64,000 nt of DNA from the human T2T-CHM13v2.0 reference genome, Homo sapiens (GCA_009914755.4 CP068257.2:25152001-25216000), one strand, 5' to 3'; positions 27,161 through 42,396 are shown, numbered from the stretch's first letter. Numbers and translations: made by a program. The notes: a model not told the origin generated them from the sequence alone.

Positions 27161-29043
27161 CTTATTCAGGCCCTAGGACAGTTCCCTATACAAACTAGTA
27201 GCCCAGCGATATTTACTGATTCTTACTCATTCTTGTTATATCAATGGAATGAATAATCTAATTGCCCACTCTGCATATTTATCTTTCTTATTATAATTTT
27301 CTTGAGAAAATGTTAAGTTGTTTTCCTTCCTTTGTTTCTTCCTTTCTTTTTTTCTTGACATATACTACTTGAAGGGTTATATTTCAAAAAAAGGCAGCCT
27401 TAGTTAAACATCTTTTTTTATTTGTTCAAAGTGATAAAGGGCAAGTATACTACTAAAACTGATTCTATCTTCTTTGCAAGGGATGTTTTTCTTAAAGATA
27501 TGCTATTAAAGTATAATTGACTCCTCTTGCTACATAAAACCTTTGGGGTCTACAATTTGATTCTTCAGAAGTCTTTGTCAAAATATTGCTTAAAAGTAAG
27601 CATTTGTTTTACCAGTATTCATTCTTATATTTTGGGGGTTCAAAATATAAATAAGTATAATATCCAGCAATCTAAAGCAACTTTACTTTTATTGATGCTC
27701 TATAATCAACAAACATTCACATTTATTCACATTTTAAATTGTACCTTTTTGTGTGTGGCTATTGATAAAGTCAAGTCTGATAAAATAACTAATTATATGG
27801 TCCCACAGTTTGTGGATAGGAAAATTGCTCAGAAAAGTGTTCAGTTCTCTAATTTTGGACTGTTAATAATGCCTTCTTTTTCACTTGTAAAATGATGCTC
27901 TTTCCTTTCTCCCAGTCATGCTAAGAACTGAATTTTACTGCTTCAACCATGCCTGCAATATCTAGGAGAGTCCCAAGTGAGGTTTCTTAGAAATGTTTAC
28001 AAATGCAGAGGATCAAAAGCTTTTCTAAGTATTTAGTTTTGTTTACATTTTAATCTTTTAAATGGCTCACATGCATATGGATGTTAAAGAAAAAAAAATA
28101 CAGTGCTATGATGACCTTAGGTAGATAACCCAAGTCCTTTGTTTTAAGAAAAGAAAAAGGAGACTAGAGAGCAAAGATAAACAGGATATTCTGCATTTTT
28201 TTTAGCAATCTTGTACTGTTGTATATTACATTTGAAGGCCAAATTTAAAAGTTATGCTGAAGGTCTATATGAGAATATTCTGTTATCACTACTGTCAAAG
28301 GAAGTCATCAGGACATTTTAATTAGAAAACCACAAGGTTTAACTAATATCTAACTTCTAAAAGAAATTGACCTTGTATTATAGAGCATATTCCAGAGTAT
28401 GCTGCAGTTTGATAACTAGATATCATCATCTCTGTGGGTCTTTAATAGCAAAGGATCCTGTCCATAGGCTTGGGCTAGCCTTTGAGAATATGTATCCTTA
28501 TTGTTTCAAATGAAGGTCTCCAGCCAACTTCCATTTATTTGGAATTAGTTTATCAAACCAAAAGATGATGTACACCCCTGCTTTTCTTTTCTTTCCCCTG
28601 AAGTATCCTTTGAAATGAAGTTAGTTTTTATTATTACCTCTGGCATACTCTGGGAAGAGAAGAGATATAGCCAAACCTGTTGATTCTACTCCTGTTAATA
28701 AGTTTGGTGAAAACACTGAAGGTGAAAGGCTCTGGAACATGCAGAACTGAATAAACCAACTTGAAATTAATGAAAAGCCAGAGCAATATTGTAATGCCAG
28801 CACCGCCAGAAGTCGGTCAGTATTTGTGTTCTTTATTTGGTGCATTTCTCTGCTTTTATGAAAGATACAGCAGGGGTCTGATAAATTCTTAGCCCACTTT
28901 AAAGAAAAAAATGAAACTGTGCACATAACTGATCTGATACATATGGTGAAGAGCTTCAGATGGAAACCAAATATCTTGGAGATTTAACTATTTACTTAAT
29001 CTTTCAGCTGAGCTCCCTCATCTACAAATTCAAGGTTGCCAAA

Positions 29044-29423
29044 TGATATGGTCTGCCTGTGTCCCCACCCAAATCTCATCTTGAATTACTACAATTCAAG
29101 ATAATCGCCATGTGTTGTGGGAGGGCCCTAGTGGGAAGTGATTGGATCATAGAGGAGGTTTCCTCCATGCTGTTCTCATGATAGTGAGTGAGTTCTCATG
29201 AGATCTGATGGTTTTATAAGTGTCTGGCATTTCCCTGCTGGCACTCATTCTTTCTCCTGCTGCTCTGTGAAGAGGTGCCTTCCACCATGATTATAAGTTT
29301 CTTGAGGCCTCCCCAGCCATGCAGAACTGTGAGTCAATTAAACCTCTCTTCTTTATAAATTACCCAGTCTTGGGTATTTTTTTCATAGCAGCATGAGAAT
29401 GAACTAATATACCAAATATGACC
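29044..29423 (+). mobile_element. ERVL-MaLR solo LTR (THE1/MST family)
   Basis: tgatatggtctgcctgtgtccccacccaaatctcatcttgaatt ... gttgtgggagggccctagtgggaagtgattggatcatagagg ... gccatgcagaactgtgagtcaattaaacctctcttctttataaattacccagtcttgggtat ... gcatgagaatgaactaata. Confidence 0.9.
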
Positions 29424-30491
29424 TCTTCCTGCTTTATCAATGGACTCTACTTCCTTCAAGTTTGAGAGCCAAGAATCTCTCTGATGGTCTTCATATTAAT
29501 TCCCTTCTCTTCACTCAGCATTTCTTTCCTCAAAAAAAATTCCCTTGATATGTGCTTCAGGTAGTCATAATACATTTATCTTTTGTCCTTAAGATTAAAT
29601 CCTGAGTACCTGCAAGCAAAAAGTGGTTTTTCGTTTTCATTCTCTACGTAATTTTCTTCCTGTTGGTAGAAAATTGGAGTTCTAGGAGACTTTAATATAA
29701 AATATTGAATTTTTTTGTATCCTATGATAATGTTTAAATCTTGCCTCTGTAGGAAAAGTGATAAATTCACAACCTATTACAATAGAGAATCCACTTAATT
29801 GCCCTATATTTTACATTGCTGCAGAGCATAAATATTTCTTCCTTCCTTCCTTCTTTCCTTCCTGATTCTTACTTTAATTACCACATAATGATTTCCTCCT
29901 GCACTCTGTACTGAACCCTGTTTAGAGAGTGTTTCTGTATTTTTAAGTGTGAGTACTTTAAATACATTTATACTCCTCAAAAAAGCAAGAGTAGAAAAGA
30001 ACACTAATATATGTCATATTTTAAATTGCTTCAAATACCGATATTGATTTGTAAATTAGACAAAAGAAACATAACTTCTCAGTTTATTTTTAACCTTTTA
30101 TTGTAGAAAAAAGTCTAATTATACAAAAGTAGAGAACGAAGTATGCATCTCTATCACTCAGCTTTAACAATTATCATTTTGTTCATCTAGTTTCATCTAT
30201 CTTCACATTTTCTATTTTTGCTTGAAATTTTTAAAGAAAATTCTAGACTTTGTATTATGTTACTTCAGTATCTAGCTTTAGTTTTTGAAACAAGATACAA
30301 TTTAGAAATATCTACCCTAGTTATGAGAGGATAGGATCTTTCCATGGATGTGTTTTTGTTCAAGGTAATAAACACCACTGCATCAATAGGCCAGTGTACC
30401 ATTTTAATATGTTATATGATGTCAGTACTTATTGGATATTCTTTTCTTCTACTGCTAAGGGAAAAACTTTCTCTGCCCCACTGACAGTTTC

Positions 30492-31217
<726 letters not shown>

Positions 31218-32346
31218 CAGTTTCCATAAGAAAAATGAAGAGAGTTGAAAAGGATAATTGAAGAGATTTTGAAAGTTATTTCTACAGAACTTCTGTCATA
31301 AAGAGGACTATCATCATCTCATCTTGGCTCTACTCTTTATATGTATGCCTACAATTAAAATCGTAGTTTATTCTTTCACCCTTAGCTTTTGGTGGATTCT
31401 TTTGTTCCACAGATAATCTTGAATACATAGGACTATTGTTGTGGGGCTTAGAGCCCAGCCTTTTCCTCAATTCTCACGTTTGGCTACTGTTGCACCCTAC
31501 ATTGCTTCAGAACGAAAGGAGTTAATGTGAAAGGACTTAATATCATAATGTGACACACAAAGGGATACTCAGTTTATGTGGATTTGATGCCTACTAGGGA
31601 TCTATGAGTTTGATTCTCTCAGATCTCCCCTAGTTGTAGGGTATACTTTAAAAAAAATTAAACTGTTACTAACACTAAATTCTTAGAGTTTTCCCATTCA
31701 TTCATCTTCTTCACTAGTGAACAGGGGCAGAGAGATGGAAAAATGTAAAATTGTGGGAAACCCAAACAGGTTTGAATTTGAAATTAAATTTTTGTACTTT
31801 TAGTTATATATAGTATGCATCTCTTTGTAAAATAATTTATATACTGAAGTCAAGATATGAAATCTCTTAGTAATCAACTGACCAATTCATCTGTCTTGAA
31901 ATCTACCTTCAAGCTTGGAAAAGCCATCGTCATCTAAATACCAATATAACTAACTTTCTTTTATTATATCGTACTACAAAAATGCTTCAGTTTTTGAAAG
32001 CTACCTGTTTTGGGAACAATTTAAATAACAACAGAAACTATTTACAGTGTCTTTAAACCACTGGTGAGAAAGTCTTCACACTTAAGGAAAACCACACTAA
32101 TTAGGGTTTTCCCACCTTTTAAAAAACCACATTTTTTGATGATTAGAAAAATGATATAGTGTGGTTTTTTTGAAGAAAACATGGAAAATTCATGAAGGTA
32201 CAAAGAAGAAAACAAAAATAGCTAGTTAGGTTACTTTTGTATATATGTATTGTTGTGCGTGTGTGTGCACACAACTTGGCAGCACAACACGGCTTAATAC
32301 CTAAGAGTATAGAAGGCGTATGCTCTTGAGGTTGGGTTCTTGTCTT

Positions 32347-32810
32347 GGTCCATTTACTGTTGCTATAACAGAATATGTGAGCCTGGGCAGCTTATAAAGA
32401 AAAGTTTATTTGGCTTGCGGTTCTGCAGGCTGTACAAGAAGCAGGGCACTGGCGTTCGCTTGGCTTCTGGTGAGGGCTTTCATGCTGCGTCAAAATATGG
32501 AAGAGAAGGTCTAAGCGGAAGTGGGCAAGTGTGAAAGGAAACCAAAGCCAGGGGATGAGGGATGTCTGTCCGAGCTTTACAGCAACCCACTCTGGAGGGA
32601 ACTAATCCATTCCCAAGAGAACAAATGCCATTGCTACAGAGTGAGAACTCATTCAGTATGGTTAGATGGCATCCAGACATTCAGAGGGTTCTGGCTCCCT
32701 GATCCAAACACCCCCCACTGGGCCCTACCTCCCACCACAGCCATGCTGGGGGATTAAATTTTAACATGAGATTTGGTGTGGACAAACAAACCATATCCAA
32801 ACCTCAGCGG
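32347..32810 (-). mobile_element. MaLR-type LTR (MLT1/MST-like), orientation inferred
   Basis: catttactgttgctataacagaatatgtgagcctgggcagcttataaagaaaagtttatttggcttgcggttctgcaggctgtacaagaagc ... ctgatccaaacaccccccactgggccctacctcccaccacagccatgctgggggattaaattttaacatgagatttggtgtggacaaacaaaccatatcc matches the antisense MaLR LTR consensus. Confidence 0.6.
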
Positions 32811-32984
32811 CAAATGACCCATGCTCTACCTCTTGCTAACTGCCCTACCTAAACCAAGCAGTTCAACCTCCCTTTGCCTCTTTCCTTATCTATAAGATAG
32901 AAATTATAATAATGAAGCTTTTTTAGGATTAAGTGAGTTGATTTATATAAAACACATTGTAAATTTCAAAGAATGTTGATTATC

Positions 32985-33275
32985 AGCTGGGCATGGTGAC
33001 TCACACGTGTAATCCCAGCACTCTGGGAGGCCGAGGCTGGTAGATCACTTGAGGTCAGGATTCAAGACCAGACTGGCCAACATGGTGAAACCCCATCTCT
33101 ACTAAAAATAGAAAAATGAGCTGGGCATGGTGGTGCATGCTTGTAAGCCCAGCTACTCCCAGGAGAGTCACTGGAACCCTGGAGGCAGAGGTTGCAGTGA
33201 GCCGAGATCGTATCACTGCACTCCAGCCTGGGTGACACAGTGAGACTCCATCTCAATTAAAAAAAAAAAAAAGAA
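32985..33275 (+). mobile_element. Alu SINE, sense, with 16-bp target-site duplication
   Basis: agctgggcatggtgactcacacgtgtaatcccagcactctgggaggccgaggctgg ... gagccgagatcgtatcactgcactccagcctgggtgacacagtgagactccatctc + A-tail. Flanking direct repeat aagaatgttgatta(t/c)c. Confidence 0.9.
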
Positions 33276-35384
33276 TGTTGATTACCATCATTACTATCTG
33301 AGATTCAACTTTTCTTATGTCAATAAATACAGTATACCTCTTTGCTGGCTACATTCAGAGTTATGTAACATTCATATATAAATCTTTGTGAAACCTTCAG
33401 ATTATTTAGCATAGATTCCTAGGAGTAGAAATATCTATATCCAATAATTTGAGTTTTTTGAGGGTTACTTATTAAATAAAAGTCATATCTCACAGGCATA
33501 GTTTTAGGAGTTTGGGGAATGGTGAGCAAAACAGACCCAGAGCTAGAAGAGGATATGGTTTCTATGAAAAGTGACAATGGAGAATGTACAGAGTACTTTG
33601 AGAGTGCAATCTAGCCTGGGGGGGATTTAAGATAAAGTGACATTGACTTTAAGATCTAAAGAATGATTAGGGATTAATTAAATGGCCATTTGGAAGCAGG
33701 AGGTGAAATCAATGGCCAGCAAGAAAGTCTTGAAACAAGTTTGGGAGAAACCTCAAAGGAAGCCAGAAGGGAGGAAGAGAGCTTCTGGATGAAGAGGAAC
33801 AGTTGGGCAAGATCCTACAAGTCTGGTAATCTGTCTGCAGATTTTGGCTTTATCCTCTACATAGTCAGAGAAGGGTTTGAACAAAAGAATGACATCCATT
33901 CTTAGGGTGATGCTTACACTAAAAGCCCAGACTTCACCACTATGCAATATATCCATGAAGCAAAACTGCACTAGTACCCCTTATATTTATATTTTTTAAA
34001 AAAATGACATTCGTTTGTATTACCAAAAATGAAACAAAGAACACTCTGGTTGTATGTATTGGAAGGAGCACTGTAAAGGAATGTGGCCTTCCCCTTAAGA
34101 GGCCTAGTGGTGGGAGAGATGGCAGCTGGGACTAGGGTGATGGTGATGAGGAGGCAGAGGCATGGAGATGGTGAAAAGACTTTGATGCAGTAGCAGAACC
34201 TGCCTATGGGCCACATGTAGAATAAGAGTGGGGAGAAGTAACTTCTAGCTCTCTGCTTCTGCAGCATACTGAGAAGAGAAGTGTAGAGGAAGCAGATCTG
34301 TTAAGCTGGAACTACAGGTTGAATTTAACTTTAAATGTATGAACTTTGAGGTTGAAAATTATGATTGCAACTTCAAGAAAGAGTGTTGTGATTTACATCT
34401 GCACCAGCAGGATTTGAGGGGGCTTTCACACAATCATACCAATTTTTGATATTATTGTAATTTTTACTAACATTATTTTTAAACTTTGCCTATTTGGAAC
34501 CTGAATTTTAATCTTGTTTAAAAACATGCACTCTGATTTCTAGTAGTCTGAGCATTTTTTTCTGAACTTTAGGTACATGTAGATTTTTTTCAATTGTCTG
34601 TTCAGGTCCTTTGACAATGTCTTGAGTACTTATTTTTATCTATTTGTATGAATTTTTTCTACATAACAGATCACAACCCCATACCTTTTGTATTTAATGA
34701 AATACTTTTTTCTTATTTTTTAAAGAATTCTCTTGAAACATGGAGGTATAGAGCTTTTAAGCCAATCAAATCATTCCATGTATCTGTGTGTGTGTGTATT
34801 GTGTATATATGTGTGTGTTTGTGTCTTGGTTGTGTAATCACATTCATTGTTTCTGTGTTCACATATACTCTCCCATCCAGGGAGCAGACAAATATATCCT
34901 TATATTTACTAATACTTCTTAAGGTTTTTGTGATGGTGGACTTTCTGTGTCAACTTGACTGGGCCCTGGAGTATCTAGATATTTGGTTAAACATTTTTCT
35001 GGCTGTTTCTGTCAGGGTGCATTTGCATGAGAATAACTTTTGAATTGGTAGACTGAGTAAAGCGGGTTGGCTTCCCCAGTATGGATGGGTCTCATCTGAT
35101 TTGTTGAGGATCTGAATAGAACACAAAAACTGAGTAAGGGAGAATTTTCTCTCTCTGCCCAATTGCCTTTGAGCTGGGACATGGATCTTCTTCCAGTATC
35201 AGACCTAGACAGAACCATACCATCAGCTCTTCTTCTTTTTGTTTTTTAAGAGATTGCTTCTTGTGAATACCATTCACAGATGCCAACCATCAGATATAGA
35301 TGTTTGATTAGCCTAGTCTTCTGGGACTCCAGCTCACTGACTACAGTTCTTGTAATTTCTCAGCCTCCTTAATCGTGTGATTAA

Positions 35385-35445
35385 GGATGGATAGATAGAG
35401 AGATCTAGATAGATCTAGATAGATAGATAGATAGATAGAGATTTA
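35385..35445. repeat. (GATA)n / (TAGA)n microsatellite
   Basis: ggatggatagatagagagatctagatagatctagatagatagatagatagatagag. A second degenerate (TAGA)n block is at 35640-35725. Confidence 0.9.
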
Positions 35446-38400
35446 CTACAAGATTTATTTATTGTAAGACAGATATATTCCCACCCAAACAGAAACAAAC
35501 AAACAAAAAACCCAGAAGAACTATACAAATCTTTGGAGTCATCTAGCATAGTTTTTTTCTTTTCCTTTCATATCACATTCATCTGCAAGTCTCATTGTCT
35601 TGAGCTGTAGAATTTGACCTCTTTTATAACTTCTACAGCTATATAGATAGAGAGACATAGATAAATCTATATAGTTAGGTAGATAGATAGATATCTATAT
35701 AAATTGATAGTTATAGAGATAGATATCGTATTGGTTCTGTTTCTTTGGAGAACCTTGACTACTACAGTTTTCATTTAAATGCTTTAACTATGTATCTAGA
35801 ATTTAAGCTGATGAATAGTCCAAAAGAAGCCTCAGAATTTACTTATTTTTCCCAAATATTTTTCAGGGCTATGTTTTGAATGGTCCTTTTCTGCTCACAG
35901 ATTTATGTTTCTAACTATTATCTAGTAATAATTTGTGGTTAAAGTTACTAAGATTTGTTTCTGGGCTATTTTTTTCATCCAACGTTATGTTTATCAATAA
36001 TTCTACAACTACCATTTTGTTTTCTAATTGCAAGTTTAGGGTGAATTTACAAATCAAGTCAAACAAGTCTCTTGTATTATACCATGTTTTTCAGTTATGT
36101 TTCTCTCTGTTTTTCATTATCAAATTTATTTCTTCAGATGAACTTCAGAATCATGTTATCAAGTTCCAAAGATTTGAGTCATTAGCCAACACTTGAAATT
36201 TCATTAAATCTACTCATTATTTTAGGACAAAATAAACAGGTTATGATTTGGAGTCAATCTCAAAGAAATTTGTACGTCTTTTGCTTTATTTAAGTCTTCG
36301 TTTTATGTTTTTGTAAAGATTGGCTTTTTTTTTCTTACATATTTGATCTGTCCTTAGCTAGAGAGAGATGTTAAAAATAAATAGAACAGTGCTTTCCTAT
36401 TGATTATCCTTTGTAATTTTTTTAAAAGTTTTAAATTTATAGATAGTTGTTTTATTATCCAGGACACATATTTTATTGTGACTTGTACTTTTAATTCACA
36501 AAACTATTATTCTTTATTTTATTTTTTGTGTTTCCATCTTAAAAATAATTTGGCTGAAATCAATTCTGTTCCTATTTTCTCTGTGTTTGCCTAATAAATC
36601 TTTGCACTTCTTTGACAAAAATGTCATTTTGATTTAGATAGTTTCCTTTTACTTATCATGTCCTTGGATTTTATTTTTAAGCACATCCTGAAGATATTTG
36701 TCTTTTAATAGAAGAGTTTAAACAATGTGTTTCCATAATAATGTAATTGGAACTCCGTCATCTTATTTTGTGTTTTTACTTTGCTTTCCATTCTTTACTT
36801 TATGGGTTTCATGTGAGTTCTCTTTCCATGAAAAGACTTTTGTGTGTGTTTGTTTTCAAGAAATATCATTCATCTATAGTTATCTAATTACCAAACTCAA
36901 GAATAAAATTATATTCTTTGTTAACTCCCAATATAATTTGAGCAAATTCTTTTATAATTTTGTAAATATGACATATGGTTTTGTACTGGAATTATTTTTA
37001 TTAAAATATCTCACATTATATATCCTCTTTTTTAACAACTATCTTTACATTTCCAGATCATTTTGAAACCATATTCTCTGCAGTTTATATTTTGCTATAG
37101 GTGTAACTGGTTTCAATAATACTAGAAATCTTGTATTTTAATTTCTGTTGATCTCTAGGTAGAACACAGCACACATATAAGTTGCACAAAATATCTCCCC
37201 ACCCAAAACAAAAACAAAAACAAAAAAACAGAAGAACAATACAGATCTTTGGAGTCATCCATGATGGTTTTTTCTTTTCCCTTCACATCTACAAATCTGC
37301 ACATCTCATTGTCTTGAGCTGTAGAAGTTGACCTCTTTTATTTCTTCTATAGCTATCACCCTAGCTCAGCCCACCATTGCTGTTTATTGCAATTATGGCA
37401 ATGGTCTTCTATTGGGTCCTCTTCTACAATGGCTTCCAGTTAAAATGTTAGGTAAGCATGTCTCTCCTGTGCTCAGTTCCTTTCGCTCCCCATCTTACTC
37501 TGAGCAAAATGCAAACATACTGCCTACTTTAGTGGAACATGCTCTCTGCCCTCCACCAACCTCCTATCCTCATTGCTCCAGCCACATTGGCCTCTTGCTG
37601 TCCTCTCCATTGCTCCAGCCACATTGGCTTCTTGCTGTCCTCTCCAAGAAGTGAAGCATACTTCCACCTGTAGTGGCCACCCCTCTATTATAATATCCCT
37701 CTGAGAGCTATCCCCTTCCATCTCTCTGGTTTCCACCCACATATCTCCTTATTTAAGAAAACTTTCTGTATTATTCTTCATAAAGTTTCACTCCTCACCT
37801 CCTTCACACCCCAATAAGTAATTGTTTTGTACTTCTCTTAAGAGCAGCAGAACATAAGACAATAGTAATCCTAAATAAAAAGAAACTACCCTAGCTAACA
37901 AAACATGCTAAATTTCAAAAAAAAAAAACTGTACTTTTAGAAACCTACCCTTACATAAAGGCAATATGGCTGCTAGAAGGGGCTGTAAAGAAAAATTCAG
38001 GTTTCTGAATTATGGAGACAAGAACACATTGAACAAAGGCCATATAAAGAATTTCCAAGACTGTTTGTGACCAGATGGAGACAAGTGGGGTGAGTGGGCA
38101 TTGCGTATGGTTCTGAATTCCTCTGTGACTTGCTGTGTTCATGAGTTACTATATTTTATGTTCTGCTGTTCCTATGAGAAAGCATAATTTACTTCGTTGA
38201 GAAAACACGTAGATGAACCAAAACATCTTCCATCTTTAATGACATCACTCACTTTCTGCCAATGTCATATGAGTTCACCCATGTCACAGAAATATGTGCA
38301 TGGCAGAACAGACTACATTTCCCTACTATGATATCTTTGCTTAATTTCCTTGATAGTCCCAGCACACGCAATCTTAATATTAATAAGTATTTTTTTCTTT

Positions 38401-41083
38401 TGGGAAATCAATGAGGTTAGAAAATTATGGCTGCTGTATATTGTTCCTCTTTCGTTAATATCTGTAGTGGACTCTTCTAGAAGACAAATGAAACAAAGAG
38501 CTGGGAACTATTTTTGCCAATCGTAGATGAAATCTCTGATCCGAAAATTGTGCTTGGATTTTTTTTTCTTTTTTTCTAAGATGGTGAACTGGATGCATTG
38601 TTAGCATGCCTCTCCCACTTGAAAAGACAAAATACTGTGTAGAAATTCATGCTGTGAACGTTTTTCCAAGAAACAGCATAGGAAATTAATCAAAAAACTG
38701 AAAGAAACCACAGACCTATTTCAAAGAAGTGGTGAGCAGCAGCTTACGCCGTGAACCACACAAAAACCTGTGAGTGTCCAGAGCGTGAGAGGGAGAGACT
38801 GCATTTATGACACACACTCTCACTGAGGAGCCAGGCAATCCAGGCCACGCTGGGAGGCCTTCACTCTATCCAGCGCTGGAGCTGACTTACTGCTGTGGGG
38901 AGCATATGAGGAATGGCGTGCGGATCTGCTTTGTGTTCACTCGCAGAATCCAGTGGTGATGGAAGGAAATCATGCCTGATCCTACCTCACGGAGGACCTC
39001 GCAGAAGTCTGCCAGCTAATTGAGTTAATGGTCATGGGATGAGAGATGCTCCCAACAGATGTGCGGTATAATTTTGAGTGGGAATGAACCCCATTGGCCA
39101 GAATTGAGAGTCAAGTGGGAACTGTGCTATAGCCACAGGCACAGAAGCTGGATGCCCACGCTTTGCTGGAGGACCAGAAGAGGTGTGGCCTGAAAGCCGG
39201 AGTTTCTCTCTCAGCCCAGAATGCTTCTGGCCTGGGGCAGTTTGGAATTCTGAGTGCAGGCTGTCTGGAACCCAGCTAGCTGCTGCTAGTAGAACACTGT
39301 GGATGCGAGACCTGCCTTGCCAAGTGTGTGGGGGCTGAGTGGGACTTACTGCCACCTGCTACCCCCGACTCCCCATGTGGATTCATTTGTACAGCAGAGG
39401 CAGCTATACTCCTCCCTGTAACATTACCCCAGCAGGCAGGGAGTTGCCCTCTGATCACCACTGGGGCTGCTGCTTGTACTCACAAGTGGGGAGCCAAACA
39501 GCAAACTTGCCTGACCCAGTCCCCACCTGGCTTTGCCCCTTCATCTGCCCTGGTAGTGTGATACAATGGACAGAGACTCCTGGGAGCTCCATGGCCCTGC
39601 ACATTGCCTGAAATACCAGAGTACGCCACTCCCTTCCCCCCGACTCCCCTACCCATGGTAACATAAGGCAAGCACGAATCCCAAAACTACCAACACAGTT
39701 GGCATTCTTTTGCAAGTGCCACCTCCTGGCTGGAGGCCAAGTGGCACAGCCCATTACAACATCTGCAGGTACAATAACACAGTGCCCAGGAAGGAGAAAA
39801 CTTGCACAACCTCAACTATCACCATTGCCTACATCACCCTGGCTAGCCAGTAGATCTTGAGTCTGTCCATGTGCCCAGTACATGACCACCACAGCCGTAT
39901 TTGAGAAGGCCAACACACTAAGGCTATTTATAACCACGGAAATCTCACAGGGTCTACGTCACTCCCTTCCCACCCACAACTGAGCTGGTACTGATATCCA
40001 CTGCTGGGGGACCAGACAGATCACATCACTGGATCCCTTGCAAACATTCACCAGCACCAGCATGGAGTATGGAAACCTCACTGGGGATGAGACCCAGAGG
40101 AGCAGCAGTATTCACGGTAGTCTGGCCCTCAGGGACCGCTACTCTTAGGGGTGTGGGAGTGCATCACATTAAAGGAGCATCGTATGGGACAAAGGAAACC
40201 AGACTGCAGGCCTTGAGTCCCTGATCTTTCCACTGTGGAAAGTTTCTTTCAGCAGAGGCACAGCTCATCATTTATACCTGTAACAGGAGAGAGCACAAAA
40301 TCTCTCCTTCTTTCAAGCAAGCGGTTAATCAATCTTCTAAAACCAGGATGTGTGTTTTGAGCTAATCTCTGCCAGCAGAGTATCTTAAACTACTCAGCCT
40401 ACTGATGAAAAAAAAATTTCACCAGCAGAGGGCTGAAAAACAATGTGGCAACACCAGAAAGTTGTCTGACATTGCCTTGATCTGAGAGGATGATAGGAAA
40501 TTTTTTGGCTGATTTGATCTCTTAGTGTCCTGAAGTTTAGTGTCATTACTTACATCAAATCAATCTAAGCTATTAAAAAGAAAAGAATTCTGGTGAATGA
40601 GGCAAGATCTAAAAGTGACTTTTTAATCTTATGAGCTATCATTTTAGATTTATATATCTCATTTTCTCAAATGGCATGTATAGTTAATGAGGGTCAGGGC
40701 ATTTCTCATGTATATCCTCCATGTCACTTACTGTGGGGATTTGTACTGCACTAATGTAGACAAATAATTTATTGTGAGAGGTTGTTGTTGCAAGTGGCAA
40801 GTTAGGCCACTGAATTGAATGATTAAATTCTGCGTTTAAATGAGTTCTGGAGGAGCAAGACTAGTTCCCACAATGTGAGAAGATGACTTTAACTTTCAGT
40901 CCTTTAGTCTAGTAGGTAGGAAAAAAAAATAACCAGAAATTAATTTGATTCTCTGCACCTGTACACCTGACTGCTGAGAATGATATGTTCAATTGCTCAG
41001 GGGAAGAACACTTTGAATAACTGAGAGTAAGTTAGAAATTATCACCTATACATAAAAACTAGCATGCTATATTGTAATACCTG

Positions 41084-41430
41084 TGATATGGTTTGGCTGT
41101 GTCCCCACCAAATCTCATCTTGAATTGTAGTTCCCATAATTCCTGTGTGTTGTGGGATGCAGTGGGAGGTAAATGCATCATGGGGGCGGGTCTTTTCTGT
41201 GCTGTTGTTGTGATAGTGGATAAGTCTCATCAGATCTGATGGCTTTATAAAGAGGAGTTCCCCTGCACAGGCTCTCTCTCTTTGCCAGCCGCATCCACGC
41301 AAGACATGACTTGCTCCATCTTGCCTTCCGCCATGACTGTGAGGCCTCCCTAGCCATGTGGAACTGTGAGTCCACTAAACCTCTTTTTTTTCCCAGTCTT
41401 GGGTGTGTCTTTATCAAACTGCAACAGAAG
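41084..41430 (+). mobile_element. ERVL-MaLR solo LTR (THE1/MST family)
   Basis: tgatatggtttggctgtgtccccaccaaatctcatcttgaattgtagttcccataattcctgtgtgttgtgggatgcagtgggaggtaaatgcatcatgggggcgggtcttttctgtgctgttg ... gccatgtggaactgtgagtccactaaacctc. Confidence 0.9.
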
Positions 41431-42390
41431 AGGGCACAAACTCCTCCTTTCAAGGAAAAGAAGAAAAACGTAGAGTTCAAAATGTCTGTGGTTAACCACA
41501 TAATCTGAGTCTTCTAGTAAATACTATTTCCTGGGAGAAGTGTAGTTACTTTGGAAGGAATCTGAACTTTTAGTTATTGATATGCCACTTAGTATTTAAA
41601 AGACAGTGATTTACAAAAAGACTATGCAGAAAGGCCTGGGCTTTCCAAGTTTTCTCCAAAACCCCTCAGGTATTCCTGATGAGCAAGTGAAGCATTTAGA
41701 GGGTTTAACTCACCATGTATGTCTAACGTTACTACATGTAATTTATGAGTCATTGTTTTCTACTCAATAGCTAAATACTTTCACGTATTTTTACTTATGG
41801 GATATAATTGAGGAAGAGATACAAATTCAAAAAGCATCCAGAACTGAAAGCTCTTTCCATTTAATTTATGGTATATACCAGGTTGGCAAACTGAATCTGC
41901 AGAACAAATCTGACCCATTATTTGTTTTTGCAAGTAGTTTTTTTAGAACACAGCCATGTCCATTCACTTACTCATTCTTTATGGCTAGTTTTGTGCTACA
42001 ACAGCACAGTTGAGCAGTTGTGACATAGATGGTATTGACAGGATAGTTATTGACAGGATTGACAAAGTTGCAAATATTTACCATTTGGCTTTTTACAAAA
42101 GAAGTTTGCCAACCACTGATGTATATTATTAGATACATTAGTAACAAATGACATCATAAATTTCTTTCTTTTTAGCAATCATGTATACCAAGGATATAAG
42201 AAATACATCTCATTAGAAAAAAATCTTCTATTCAGCCCTCTTGCTTCACCTTCCTCTAGAACAAAATCTTATTGCCAAATAATTTAAGAAAATAATTCGG
42301 TCTTCAGATTCAATATTTGTGCCTCAGGTTTCCTTCCTAGGAATGAATTCCCACTTCAAAAAACAGACACACACATTCCAAAAGTGTTCT

Positions 42391-42396
42391 TTTATT
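42391..42396 (-). terminator. ADAMTS1: Poly(A) signal AATAAA (distal) with downstream GU-rich element
   Basis: Plus tttatt at 42391-42396 is minus AATAAA. The minus-strand downstream sequence is acacttttggaatgtgtgtgtctgtttttt. Confidence 0.5.
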
